Shown: one piece after another, positions 1 through 7,841 of the stretch | How the letters are laid out: every line of letters starts with the position of its first letter | Numbering within the stretch: the stretch's first letter is position 1 | Assembly: GCA_027031765.1 (NCBI GenBank) | Contig: JALVPN010000174.1 | Span: forward strand, 15,854-28,255 | Direction of reading: 5' to 3' | DNA: 12,402 nt | Origin: Promethearchaeota archaeon | GTDB taxonomy: Archaea > Asgardarchaeota > Thorarchaeia > Thorarchaeales > Thorarchaeaceae | Translations under genes and position numbers: made by a program | The notes under the pieces: generated by a model | Told to the model about the DNA's origin: nothing | Databases searched by the model: none | Seen by the model: the letters and a program-made list of their open reading frames with translations, nothing else

Positions 1-143
1 ACGAGCACCAGTGCCACCGACTTGAGCGAGACCTCTCTCTCCAACAGCGTACCCGGCACGAAGATGCCAATGCCGTCGTATTCCTTCATCTCTTCAAGGT
101 CCGGGTCGTCTAGCACCGCAATCTCCTCGCGCCCTGCCGTCAC
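1..143 (-). CDS. N-terminal fragment of a hypothetical protein running off the left edge (MTAGREEIAVLDDPDLEEMKEYDGIGIFVPGTLLEREVSLKSVALVL...)
   Basis: Hand translation: open frame from GTG at 143 (first start after in-frame TAA at 150-152) to the window edge. Acidic, protein-like composition and codon usage like neighbouring genes. Alternative start GTG at 116. Not in the ORF track because it is truncated. Confidence 0.6.
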   Translation of the reverse strand, partial: MTAGREEIAVLDDPDLEEMKEYDGIGIFVPGTLLEREVSLKSVALVL

Positions 144-546
144 AAGCGATTATATGGCTTGTGGGTGTGGTGTGGCGCAGTGGGTCGCAGCTGGGTGCGG
201 TGGAGTGCTGTCCAGTGCGTCCGGGTCGCGTGCGCTGTGTCCTTGCGCCGCCCGGTCTTGCCGGGTGCACAGTGCCACTCGACACTGCAGGCCGCTTGCG
301 TGGTCGGAACAGCCTTTATGGACTGGGTGCACCTATCATTCTGATAGTGGGCGCTGTACTGGTCGTCGCGGCTGACCACCCGGGCCGTCCTCCCTGTGAC
401 AACCCACCATGTCCCCAGGCCGGTCACTCCATGCCAGGGGTGCGCCGTCCCATGCCGCTGGTCGCGCCCCCGGGAACAGTGGCCCAAGTCCGTGCCACGC
501 GTACGTGCCCTGCAGCTGCCCTGCTACCTGCACACTGGTGATACCC

Positions 547-2547
547 ATGGTCAACGACACTGACGGCTACCGGCCACCTAGGAGGGGCACGGCAGTCCTG
601 TTGATGACTATGGTGCTCCTCGCATCCTACGGCGTCATTATAGTATGGCCGCGTCCCCCAGACCCCATGTCCCTGTCGGCGCGGGTTGCGATAGTGGACT
701 CGGGGATAACTCCTGACGCTTCACTTGCCCCACGCATAGTCGTCGCGCGGAGCTTCATCAACCGTCAGTTCGGATATCCATTTGATGACAACTCGACCAC
801 AGACAGCGAGCCCAAGGGGTCGCCACACGGCACATACGTCGCCCGGCTGGTGGCCACCCAGTTCTCTGAGGTGGCCCTCGTCAATGCCAAGGTGGTGTCA
901 TCAGACAATATCGCCTCCGTCACTGCCATTGCAGAGGCCATCTACTGGGCCGTGCGTGAGGCTGGCTGTACGGTCATCAACCTGAGCATTGGCGGCAGCC
1001 CGACGAATGGTTCCATCTTGGAAGACGCTGTGCGCTGGGCCTTCAGACAGGGCGTGTGTGTCGTCGCAGCAGCGGGCAATACGGGACAGACCGGGGTGGC
1101 CGGCACATCTGTCGAGTCGCCAGCACTGTGTCAGGAGGCAATTGCCGTGGCAGCTGTTGACAGTGCCGGGAACCCGTTCTCCTTTTCTGCCCGCGGGCCG
1201 CTGAGAGGACGTATAGCGAAGCCCGATATCTCGGCACTGGGCTCCTACTCTGAAGGCGGGGGCGCAACGCTCCTCGGTACGAGCTTTGCCGCACCACGGG
1301 TGAGCGCCGTAGCAGCGGCAATAATCGCACGGTGTGCAGAACGTGGCTGGCGGTGGACGCCCGGCATGGTCAAGGCACTCCTCCTTGCCAGTGCAAGACA
1401 CCTCGAAGGAGAGGACTGGGAGGTGGGCGCTGGCCTGGTCGACCCTGACGCCGCACTGGAGTACCTTGAGCACGTGCCACGCAGGGACCGGCTCCCACTG
1501 GTCGTCGCAGCCCTGCCAACACGTGGCCCCTATGAGTTCGAACGCTGGTTCGTGAACTCCACGTACACCATCCCAATATCCGTCTTCGCTTCCTCCAACG
1601 TCACGTTCGACGTCTTCTACACGGGCTCGGCTGCACCGTGGATTCACGGCCCACCAGTCCTCTCGGTCAACCAGACCGGGCTCCTGATAGTGCAGCTGAA
1701 TGTGGTCTCGGATGTGGCCATGACAGACCTGCGCTCTCTTGTGACCCTCGTTGCTGACGAGTACCTGACTGTGCGTGCCCAGTTCTCCTTCGACCTTGAC
1801 ATCCCCCGTGCCCGGGTCCTTTTTGATGTCAGTCACTCCCTCTGGTGGCTCGACTCTGTGTATGGCCAGTTCCGCTACCTGTACTGCTCGCTCACCCGAC
1901 TGGGGATTGCTGTTGAGGAGATCGATACGCCGGGCGAGCTCAGCGCCGAACGACTGGCACGCCATGATGCCGTACTGATACTTGACCCGTGCACCCGTGT
2001 CCACGATGCATACGGCAGGGAACGTCTGCCCCCCATGCAGTACACTGCTGAGGAAATCCAGCTCTACCACTCCTACTTTGCAGATGGCGGGTCGCTCCTC
2101 GTAGCAGCACTTGACAACAACAGTCTGAATGTGCCCGCAGTCAACCGGCTCCTCCTCGGCTTCAACGTATCACTGGACTACGGACGTGTCCCTGAGGTCA
2201 CCTTCGTCGTTGGTGGGATTGCGTCCACGGCCCTCGTGTCCGACCTGTCCGACCACCCCGTGACCCGCGGGGTGTCCTCCTTTGACCACAACGGCTGCAC
2301 GCTCAACCACTCCCTGCCATGCTACAGCATTGCCCGTGTCCAAATCCGAGTGAGTGACCGCGATGGCAATGAGCACCTGGTGAAGAGGAGTGTGGTCGTG
2401 GGCAGGGAGTCTGAGAGCGGCTCTCGGCTGATTGTCTCTGGCAGCAACTTCTTCCTTGACAACTGGGCCTTCAGTGGCCTGTACCAGTCGGACGACAATG
2501 AGCGTTTTGCAGTCCAGTGCGTCCTCTGGCTGGTCGGACTGTTGTGA
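547..2547 (+). CDS. Membrane-anchored S8 (subtilisin-like) serine protease with C-terminal DUF4350/class-I-GATase-like domain; site-1-protease-like architecture
   Basis: Catalytic motifs VAIVDSG (Asp, 697), HGTYVA (His, 826), AAAGN (oxyanion Asn, 1078), GTSFAAP (Ser, 1282). N-terminal hydrophobic stretch AVLLMTMVLLASYGVIIVW. C-terminal domain from about 1807 (RVLFDVSH...GGSLLV...HPVTRGV...RLIVSGS). Start moved from 409 to ATG 547 because the upstream in-frame part is low-complexity and Pro/Ser/Ala-rich. Confidence 0.92.
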   Translation: MVNDTDGYRPPRRGTAVLLMTMVLLASYGVIIVWPRPPDPMSLSARVAIVDSGITPDASLAPRIVVARSFINRQFGYPFDDNSTTDSEPKGSPHGTYVARLVATQFSEVALVNAKVVSSDNIASVTAIAEAIYWAVREAGCTVINLSIGGSPTNGSILEDAVRWAFRQGVCVVAAAGNTGQTGVAGTSVESPALCQEAIAVAAVDSAGNPFSFSARGPLRGRIAKPDISALGSYSEGGGATLLGTSFAAPRVSAVAAAIIARCAERGWRWTPGMVKALLLASARHLEGEDWEVGAGLVDPDAALEYLEHVPRRDRLPLVVAALPTRGPYEFERWFVNSTYTIPISVFASSNVTFDVFYTGSAAPWIHGPPVLSVNQTGLLIVQLNVVSDVAMTDLRSLVTLVADEYLTVRAQFSFDLDIPRARVLFDVSHSLWWLDSVYGQFRYLYCSLTRLGIAVEEIDTPGELSAERLARHDAVLILDPCTRVHDAYGRERLPPMQYTAEEIQLYHSYFADGGSLLVAALDNNSLNVPAVNRLLLGFNVSLDYGRVPEVTFVVGGIASTALVSDLSDHPVTRGVSSFDHNGCTLNHSLPCYSIARVQIRVSDRDGNEHLVKRSVVVGRESESGSRLIVSGSNFFLDNWAFSGLYQSDDNERFAVQCVLWLVGLL

Positions 2548-2607
2548 AATGACTGCTATGAAATGAATGGATGACCTGTGGCTACTTACTTGGGGACAGA
2601 CGGTGTC

Positions 2608-2991
2608 CTACAGCACTGTTGCAATCTGTTCGGTCGCGTTCTTGGCAGCAAGCACCAGCATACCGGGCTTGACCTTCCGCGTGGCAGCAAACATCAGGAT
2701 TGCCTTCTCACCGGCGCTCTTCATGAGTATCAGGCCCTTCTCGTTCGTGAGGAGGACCTGCTCCTGCTCGCCCTGTTCCATCTTCTCGGCCGCCAGGTCC
2801 GCAACGTTGAGGATGGATGCCGCTATCGCTGCAATCTCAGCCTCCTCATACCCCTCTCCCATGGCTGACACGATGGGCAGTCCTTCCTTTGACAGGAGAA
2901 TCCAGGCCTTGATACCGGCGACTATGTCGGTCGCGTCCTCGACTATCCTCCGGACTTGTTCTTGGACTTCTTTCAGGTCTTCACCGATCAA
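2608..2991 (-). CDS. Roadblock/LC7 (MglB-like) domain protein
   Basis: 127 aa with the Roadblock pattern: N-terminal helix, GIKAWILLSKEGLPIVS, IAAIAASIL helix, EQVLLTNEKGLILM strands, C-terminal helix. TATA-like box upstream. Confidence 0.9.
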   Translation of the reverse strand: MIGEDLKEVQEQVRRIVEDATDIVAGIKAWILLSKEGLPIVSAMGEGYEEAEIAAIAASILNVADLAAEKMEQGEQEQVLLTNEKGLILMKSAGEKAILMFAATRKVKPGMLVLAAKNATEQIATVL

Positions 2992-3043
2992 TGTCCTGCA
3001 CCACGGTAGGAACTGCCTCGCAGTGAGCGTCTGGTAATGCGCG

Positions 3044-3050
3044 TTAATAA
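3044..3050 (-). promoter_or_regulatory. Putative archaeal TATA box (TTATTAA, preceded by AAACC) for the Roadblock gene
   Basis: Isolated AT-rich island in GC-rich DNA about 53 nt upstream of the TTG start at 2991. Confidence 0.5.
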
Positions 3051-3188
3051 GGTTTGATGTGCCGAAATACGGCCGCCCACTGACCTCTGGACAGGACAGT
3101 GCCGTGGTGGGCTCGCCGCCGGTTGGCGCGACTGCCCGCCGCTCCTAGTATACCCCTTGGTCGGACCCGGAGTCCACCGGCCTGCCCC

Positions 3189-3830
3189 TCAGTCAGGGCG
3201 CCGCGTACAATCACCGTCCATGCTGTGTCCTGCAAGGGTCCTGCAGAGCTCTGCGGCGATGTCTGCGGAGATATCATAGGCCCACTGGTGCCTGGCCGCG
3301 CTGTTGACAAACCCGCGGAGGCACTCCTCTGCAACACCGGACCTGCGTAGTGCCACCAACCGTGCCAGCATGTCTATCACGTCCGCGTCCCTGACAATCT
3401 TGGCCTCCGCAGACTCGCCCACGCTCAGGTCTTCCCACAGTCGCCTGACCCACTCACCAGTGGCACCAAGACCGCTGACAAGGTGCTCAAGGACTGCACC
3501 CTCACATGCCGCCTTCGTGTCGTGTACCGCACGGTCGACCCCTTCAATCCCGGTCCTGGGGATATCTGAGAGCAGAGACTCCGGTAGGTCGTGGACCGTG
3601 CACATTGCTAGGGCCCTAGCCAGGTCGACATCCACACCGGTCGACTCTAGGTGACGTCCAATGATCAGTGCCACGAGGGTGGTGCCCCAGATGTGCGCCG
3701 CCACACCCTCCGGCCGCTGGCCTGCGCACGTGCCAGATGTGACCCACCCACTACGGGGGAGGTCTTTCAGACAGCCTGCTTGGAGGATGAGCCGCACAGC
3801 GTCCTGCACATCCAACTCTGATGCCACCAT
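3189..3830 (-). CDS. HD-domain phosphohydrolase, YfbR/HDDC2-like 5'-deoxynucleotidase family
   Basis: Motifs LKDLPRSGW, EGVAAH, TVHDLPE, DADVIDM match the HD_3/HDDC2 pattern. Likely start is ATG 3830 (MVASELD); the track start at 3863 adds 11 aa. Confidence 0.88.
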   Translation of the reverse strand: MVASELDVQDAVRLILQAGCLKDLPRSGWVTSGTCAGQRPEGVAAHIWGTTLVALIIGRHLESTGVDVDLARALAMCTVHDLPESLLSDIPRTGIEGVDRAVHDTKAACEGAVLEHLVSGLGATGEWVRRLWEDLSVGESAEAKIVRDADVIDMLARLVALRRSGVAEECLRGFVNSAARHQWAYDISADIAAELCRTLAGHSMDGDCTRRPD

Positions 3831-3946
3831 TGGGACAGTACCGTGTCGGTGGGGGTGGGCCATGTGGGGGTCATGGTCTTGGGGCCATGAGTCAGTGGCC
3901 GGGCCGGTCAGGGCAGACCTCCGCCTTGGGCCCCCGCACCTCTGTC

Positions 3947-5101
3947 TCAGCCACTGTAGTGGTCGACCGAGATGGTACCGTTGAGTATCATCTCCCTGAC
4001 CCCTCGCAGGAGCGGCATGTACGTCTCGCTGGCCTTCTTGATGTATGTCGAGCTGAACTCGAAGCTGGTGAGGTTGACGCCACCGTTCGCGAGGTTGTAC
4101 TCCAGTATCTCTGTCCCGTTGAACTGTCCCCAGAGGGTCTCGTTGAGCATGTCGTATACCGCCATGTCGGCCCTGAAGACGACGCTGGTCGTGATCCAGC
4201 TCGGGCCAGACAGGATGTCCGGGTCTGGGTTGCCGTAGTAGTCGAGGTTGCCCTCCGCCGCAATTGCGAGCGGCATCCTCGTCTTATTGAGCGGCATTAT
4301 GTTCGGGTCGCCCAAGGTCTTGTTCGCTGCAAGCATGGCCTGTCGGAGGCCCACAATGCTGCCCCTGATGGGTGCGAAGATGAGCGATACCTCCTCGTCC
4401 ATGTACAGATGGTATGCTGTCTCGTTCGCCAGCTCTATGTTCTCGTAGCTCTCAAGGTACACTATCGGCTGTACGAGGGTGACCCGGCCTCTGAGGTAGT
4501 CCGAACTGTTCACGAGCTGCAGCCCCTGAAGGAACCCGTAGACAAGGCTGCCCACTGTCGGGTCTTCCTCATAGGAGGCCATTATCGCGACCCGTCCCGT
4601 GTTGTTCAGTTGCGGACTGAACGCAATGAGCCCACCAATGAAGCCTGCAAGGAATGCCGCCTCTTCTGGGATGAAGGATGTAGACGCCACGTTCTTGAGC
4701 GACGAAATCCCCCCGATTATGCCAAAGTTCTGGTTCGGGAACTCCTGTGCAACGGTCTCTACAGCTGGCACCAGCTCTTTGCCGACTGCAATGATGATGA
4801 GGTAGCGTCCTGTCTGCGCGAACGCGCGTATGTCCTCCTCTGCCTCCGCTGCCGTGGTCGGGAACGCCCCGTCCCTCAAGACCCTCGGGTCATCAAAAGC
4901 GACAACGATGTCGCCTGCCAAGTTGTTCATTCCGACCTTCGTCTGGGCACCAAGGCCCATGTCTTCGAAGCCCGGGTTCATTACCACAATTGCCACCCGT
5001 GGGGGTTCGTATTGCTCAGTTAGGAACAGCACACCGCCAACTGCTCCAAAGACAATGACAATTATCACCAGCGATGCCAGGATATTCGACCTTGAGCTCA
5101 C
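3947..5101 (-). CDS. BMP-family (PnrA-like) substrate-binding protein with N-terminal transmembrane anchor
   Basis: N-terminal TM helix ILASLVIIVIVFGAVGGVLFL. BMP-like segments IIIAVG, SFIPEEAAFLAGFIGGL, ITTSVVFRADMAVYDML, YNLANGGVNL. GGAGG ribosome-binding site at 5109-5113 before the GTG start. Confidence 0.85.
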   Translation of the reverse strand: MSSRSNILASLVIIVIVFGAVGGVLFLTEQYEPPRVAIVVMNPGFEDMGLGAQTKVGMNNLAGDIVVAFDDPRVLRDGAFPTTAAEAEEDIRAFAQTGRYLIIIAVGKELVPAVETVAQEFPNQNFGIIGGISSLKNVASTSFIPEEAAFLAGFIGGLIAFSPQLNNTGRVAIMASYEEDPTVGSLVYGFLQGLQLVNSSDYLRGRVTLVQPIVYLESYENIELANETAYHLYMDEEVSLIFAPIRGSIVGLRQAMLAANKTLGDPNIMPLNKTRMPLAIAAEGNLDYYGNPDPDILSGPSWITTSVVFRADMAVYDMLNETLWGQFNGTEILEYNLANGGVNLTSFEFSSTYIKKASETYMPLLRGVREMILNGTISVDHYSG

Positions 5102-5146
5102 TGTGCTTCCTCCAAGGGGACTGACAACGGGTGCCGTTTGACGTTG

Positions 5147-5153
5147 ATTTAAA
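5147..5153 (-). promoter_or_regulatory. Putative TATA box (TTTAAAT) for the BMP gene
   Basis: AT-rich island about 46 nt upstream of the GTG start at 5101. Confidence 0.5.
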
Positions 5154-5500
5154 CCTATTGCTCAATGTGGTACTGGCCCGTGCTGTCCCCGATCACTGCC
5201 ACGTCGACAACGTGCAGGTGGGACCTCCACCACATCTACGTCCGACGCACGGCCCCACAGCGCCCGGCCACCACCATCCCCCAATACCACCAGACCCACC
5301 TATAACGTGCGTGCCTGCCTGATGACACTTCTGGACGGGCCGTGTCCAGCGCGCACTCCCGCAGGCCACCGTGACCGCACCTGCGTCCCGGGACCGGGGG
5401 CCCGGAGCCACCCCTGTCGTTCGGTGTTGGGACGAGACCGCAGGGCGACCGCCCGGACCGCACAGGCAGACTTAATACTGCATTCACGATAGTTAAGGAC

Positions 5501-5507
5501 GAGGTGA
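5501..5507 (+). promoter_or_regulatory. Shine-Dalgarno site GAGGTGA
   Basis: Strong anti-16S match 4 nt before the TTG start at 5512. Confidence 0.7.
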
Positions 5508-5511
5508 GACC

Positions 5512-7608
5512 TTGCCTGTCAGGACCCCTAACAGACTTGCCGGTGAGAAGAGTCCGTACCTGCTGCAACATGCCTACAACCCTGTAGACTGGTATCCGTG
5601 GTGTGATGAGGCCTTCGAACGGGCCCGCCGGGAGGACAGACCGGTCTTCCTCTCGATTGGCTACAGCACGTGCCACTGGTGTCACGTGATGGAACGGGAG
5701 AGCTTCGAGGACGGGGAGGTCGCGGAGCTGCTGAACAGGTGGTTTGTGTGTATCAAGGTCGACCGGGAGGAGCGGCCCGACATTGACAGTGTCTACATGC
5801 GTGCTGCGGTGCTCATCAACGGCACGGGTGGGTGGCCGCTCACAGTGTTCATGACCCCTGACAGGGAGCCCTTCCTCGTTGCGACCTACATCCCGAAGAC
5901 CAGCTCTCCAGGCCGGGTGGGGTTATTGGAGCTGTTGCCCGCGGTTGCGAGGGCGTGGGCCGATGACAGGCAACGGGTCCAGCGTGTGGCCAGGGAGGTG
6001 GTGTCAGCCCTTGGACGGAGGCGTACTGGTGGTGGGCCGGCGCTTGGGCCTGGAGTGTTGGACAAGGCCTTTGCGGACCTCTCTGATAGGTACGACGAGC
6101 ACAACGGCGGGTTTGGTACCGCGCCGAAGTTTCCCAGCCCACACCAGCTCGTCTTCTTGCTGCACTACTGGGCGAGGACAGGTGAGGGACGTGCACTGGA
6201 AATGGTGCGGACGACCCTGACGGCCATGCGGCGCGGGGGTCTGTTCGACCACCTCGGATATGGTTTCCACAGGTATTGTACTGATGCGGAATGGCGAGTG
6301 CCACACTTTGAGAAGATGCTCTACGACCAGGCACTGTTAGTGCTCGCGTACTCTGAGGCGTACAGTGCGTGTGGGGACGCGTACTTTGCCGGTGTGGTGC
6401 GCGAGACTGCTGACTACGTCTTGGGGATACTGCTGGACGATGGCGGCGGGTTCTGCTCGGCCGAGGACGCGGACAGCGAGGGTGAGGAGGGCAGGTTCTA
6501 CCTGTGGACGGCTGAGGAGATCCGCAGAGCCCTTGACAACAGGGATGACTACCGGGTGTTCGCGCACCACTTCCAGGTGCGGGAGGAGGGCAACTTCGTC
6601 CGGGAGGCGACCGGCAGTCTGACGGGGCAGAACATCCTGTACGCACCACGCACGGTGGAGAGCACAGCAAGAGACCTGGGCCTCAGCACTGATGAGGTGC
6701 AGGCAGCCCTTGAGAGGGCGCGGGGACGCCTGCTGGAGATTAGGGGGCACAGGGTAAGGCCACACCTTGATGACAAGGTGCTGACCGACTGGAACGGCCT
6801 CATGATTGCCGCACTTGCTAGGGCCTACCGTGCAGTGGGCGACAGTAGACTGCTGGTGGCAGCACGGGGGGCCGCCGACTTCATACTGCGTACGATGATT
6901 GCTGGGGACGGCCGTCTCTACCACCGCTACCGTGATGGTGAGGTGGCAGTCCCTGGTCTCTTGGACGACTATGCCTTTCTCATCTGGGGCCTCCTTGAGC
7001 TCTACCAGTCCACGTTCGAAGAGCAGTACCTTGAACAGGCACACCAGCTGTCCGGGGAGATGCTCACCCTGTTCCGTGACCCGGACGGTGGGGGCCTGCT
7101 CCTTACTGGGAGGGACGCGGAACCCCTGATTGCCGCTACGAAGCACGCCTACGACGGGGCCACGCCCTCTGGGAACTCCATTGCAGCCCTCGACCTTGCC
7201 ATGCTTGACCTGCTGCTCGCTGACCCCACCCTGCGGGGTGCCGCCATAGAAACAGTGCGCGCATTCGCGGGGGACATCCTGCGCTCGCCGTCGGCGTTCA
7301 CAATGATGCTCGTGGCACATGGGTTCATCATCGGGCCGACTGCCCTCGTGGTGGTGGAGGGCCGCCCGGAGTGGCCCGGCACACGGTCGATGGTGAGTGC
7401 TGTGCGGGAGGACTACCGGCCGGGTGTCCTGGTCCAGGTGGTACCGCCCCACGGTCAGTCCACACCCGGTCTCCAGTCGGGCGCGGCCCCAAGGTCCTGG
7501 CAGACAGGATTGCTACCGCGGGCGCATGTCTGTCGTGGGGGGATGTGTTCCGCACCGACCTCCTCCGTATCACGGCTCTTGGAGCTCCTGGACTCGTCAG
7601 TACCCTGA
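5512..7608 (+). CDS. yyaL: Thioredoxin-domain-containing protein, YyaL/DUF255/SPATA20 family (thioredoxin-like plus alpha/alpha-barrel)
   Basis: Family hallmarks [93 protein letters not shown]. Confidence 0.96.
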   Translation: MPVRTPNRLAGEKSPYLLQHAYNPVDWYPWCDEAFERARREDRPVFLSIGYSTCHWCHVMERESFEDGEVAELLNRWFVCIKVDREERPDIDSVYMRAAVLINGTGGWPLTVFMTPDREPFLVATYIPKTSSPGRVGLLELLPAVARAWADDRQRVQRVAREVVSALGRRRTGGGPALGPGVLDKAFADLSDRYDEHNGGFGTAPKFPSPHQLVFLLHYWARTGEGRALEMVRTTLTAMRRGGLFDHLGYGFHRYCTDAEWRVPHFEKMLYDQALLVLAYSEAYSACGDAYFAGVVRETADYVLGILLDDGGGFCSAEDADSEGEEGRFYLWTAEEIRRALDNRDDYRVFAHHFQVREEGNFVREATGSLTGQNILYAPRTVESTARDLGLSTDEVQAALERARGRLLEIRGHRVRPHLDDKVLTDWNGLMIAALARAYRAVGDSRLLVAARGAADFILRTMIAGDGRLYHRYRDGEVAVPGLLDDYAFLIWGLLELYQSTFEEQYLEQAHQLSGEMLTLFRDPDGGGLLLTGRDAEPLIAATKHAYDGATPSGNSIAALDLAMLDLLLADPTLRGAAIETVRAFAGDILRSPSAFTMMLVAHGFIIGPTALVVVEGRPEWPGTRSMVSAVREDYRPGVLVQVVPPHGQSTPGLQSGAAPRSWQTGLLPRAHVCRGGMCSAPTSSVSRLLELLDSSVP

Positions 7609-7654
7609 CAGGGCGACTGCACACATCCCAGCGACGCCGTGTGACCCGCGAACC

Positions 7655-7662
7655 TATAAATA
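7655..7662 (+). promoter_or_regulatory. Putative TATA box (TATAAATA, preceded by GAACC)
   Basis: Best TATA-like sequence in the window, about 180 nt upstream of the tandem-Roadblock ATG. Confidence 0.6.
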
Positions 7663-7841
7663 ACTCCGTGCGTGGTACATTCTACCGCAAGACGGCACCG
7701 GCACCTGTGTACCGGGTGTTGTGGTGGCGGCCGGCAATGCGGATGACCGCACCCGGTTGCGTACCAGGGTGGGCCGGTACCTGGGGCGGAAGCCGTCATC
7801 ACAATGTCCCAAAGAACCACAACCCCTGGCCGGTCATTGAA

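Noticed and set aside
409-546. N-terminal extension of the protease ORF in the track
   Set aside because: Low-complexity, non-coding-like translation; ATG 547 directly precedes a basic stretch and TM helix typical of a true N-terminus.
901-2070. 389-aa antisense ORF (also 2567-3037, 3821-5023, 5849-6670, 6337-7452, 8640-9161, 9857-10543, 10883-11512)
   Set aside because: Shadow ORFs lying opposite well-supported genes, expected from high GC3 codon bias; no recognisable motifs.
2545-2580. TGAAATGA repeated twice after the protease stop (possible C/D box sRNA or operator)
   Set aside because: No proper C box (RUGAUGA) paired with a D box (CUGA); two short copies are compatible with chance.
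3871-3890. Hairpin TCATGGT-CTTGGG-GCCATGA between BMP and HD genes
   Set aside because: Short stem without a U-tract; not distinguishable from background in GC-rich DNA.
5131-5492. Small ORFs in the BMP/yyaL spacer (5131-5322, 5307-5492, 5193-5411)
   Set aside because: Pro/Arg/Gly-rich translations reflecting nucleotide skew; one overlaps the BMP promoter; no RBS support.
7691-7797. Possible 5S rRNA or SRP RNA fragment (GTAC...TGGG...CCTGGG; GGC-GGAA-GCC loop)
   Set aside because: Lacks the 5S loop C CCCAU(C/U)CCGAAC motif and the SRP helix 8 CCAGG...AGCAG internal loop; resemblance is superficial.
7371-7841. 157-aa N-terminal extension of the tandem Roadblock ORF
   Set aside because: Overlaps the yyaL 3' end in another frame and spans the TATA box at 7655; sequence looks non-coding.
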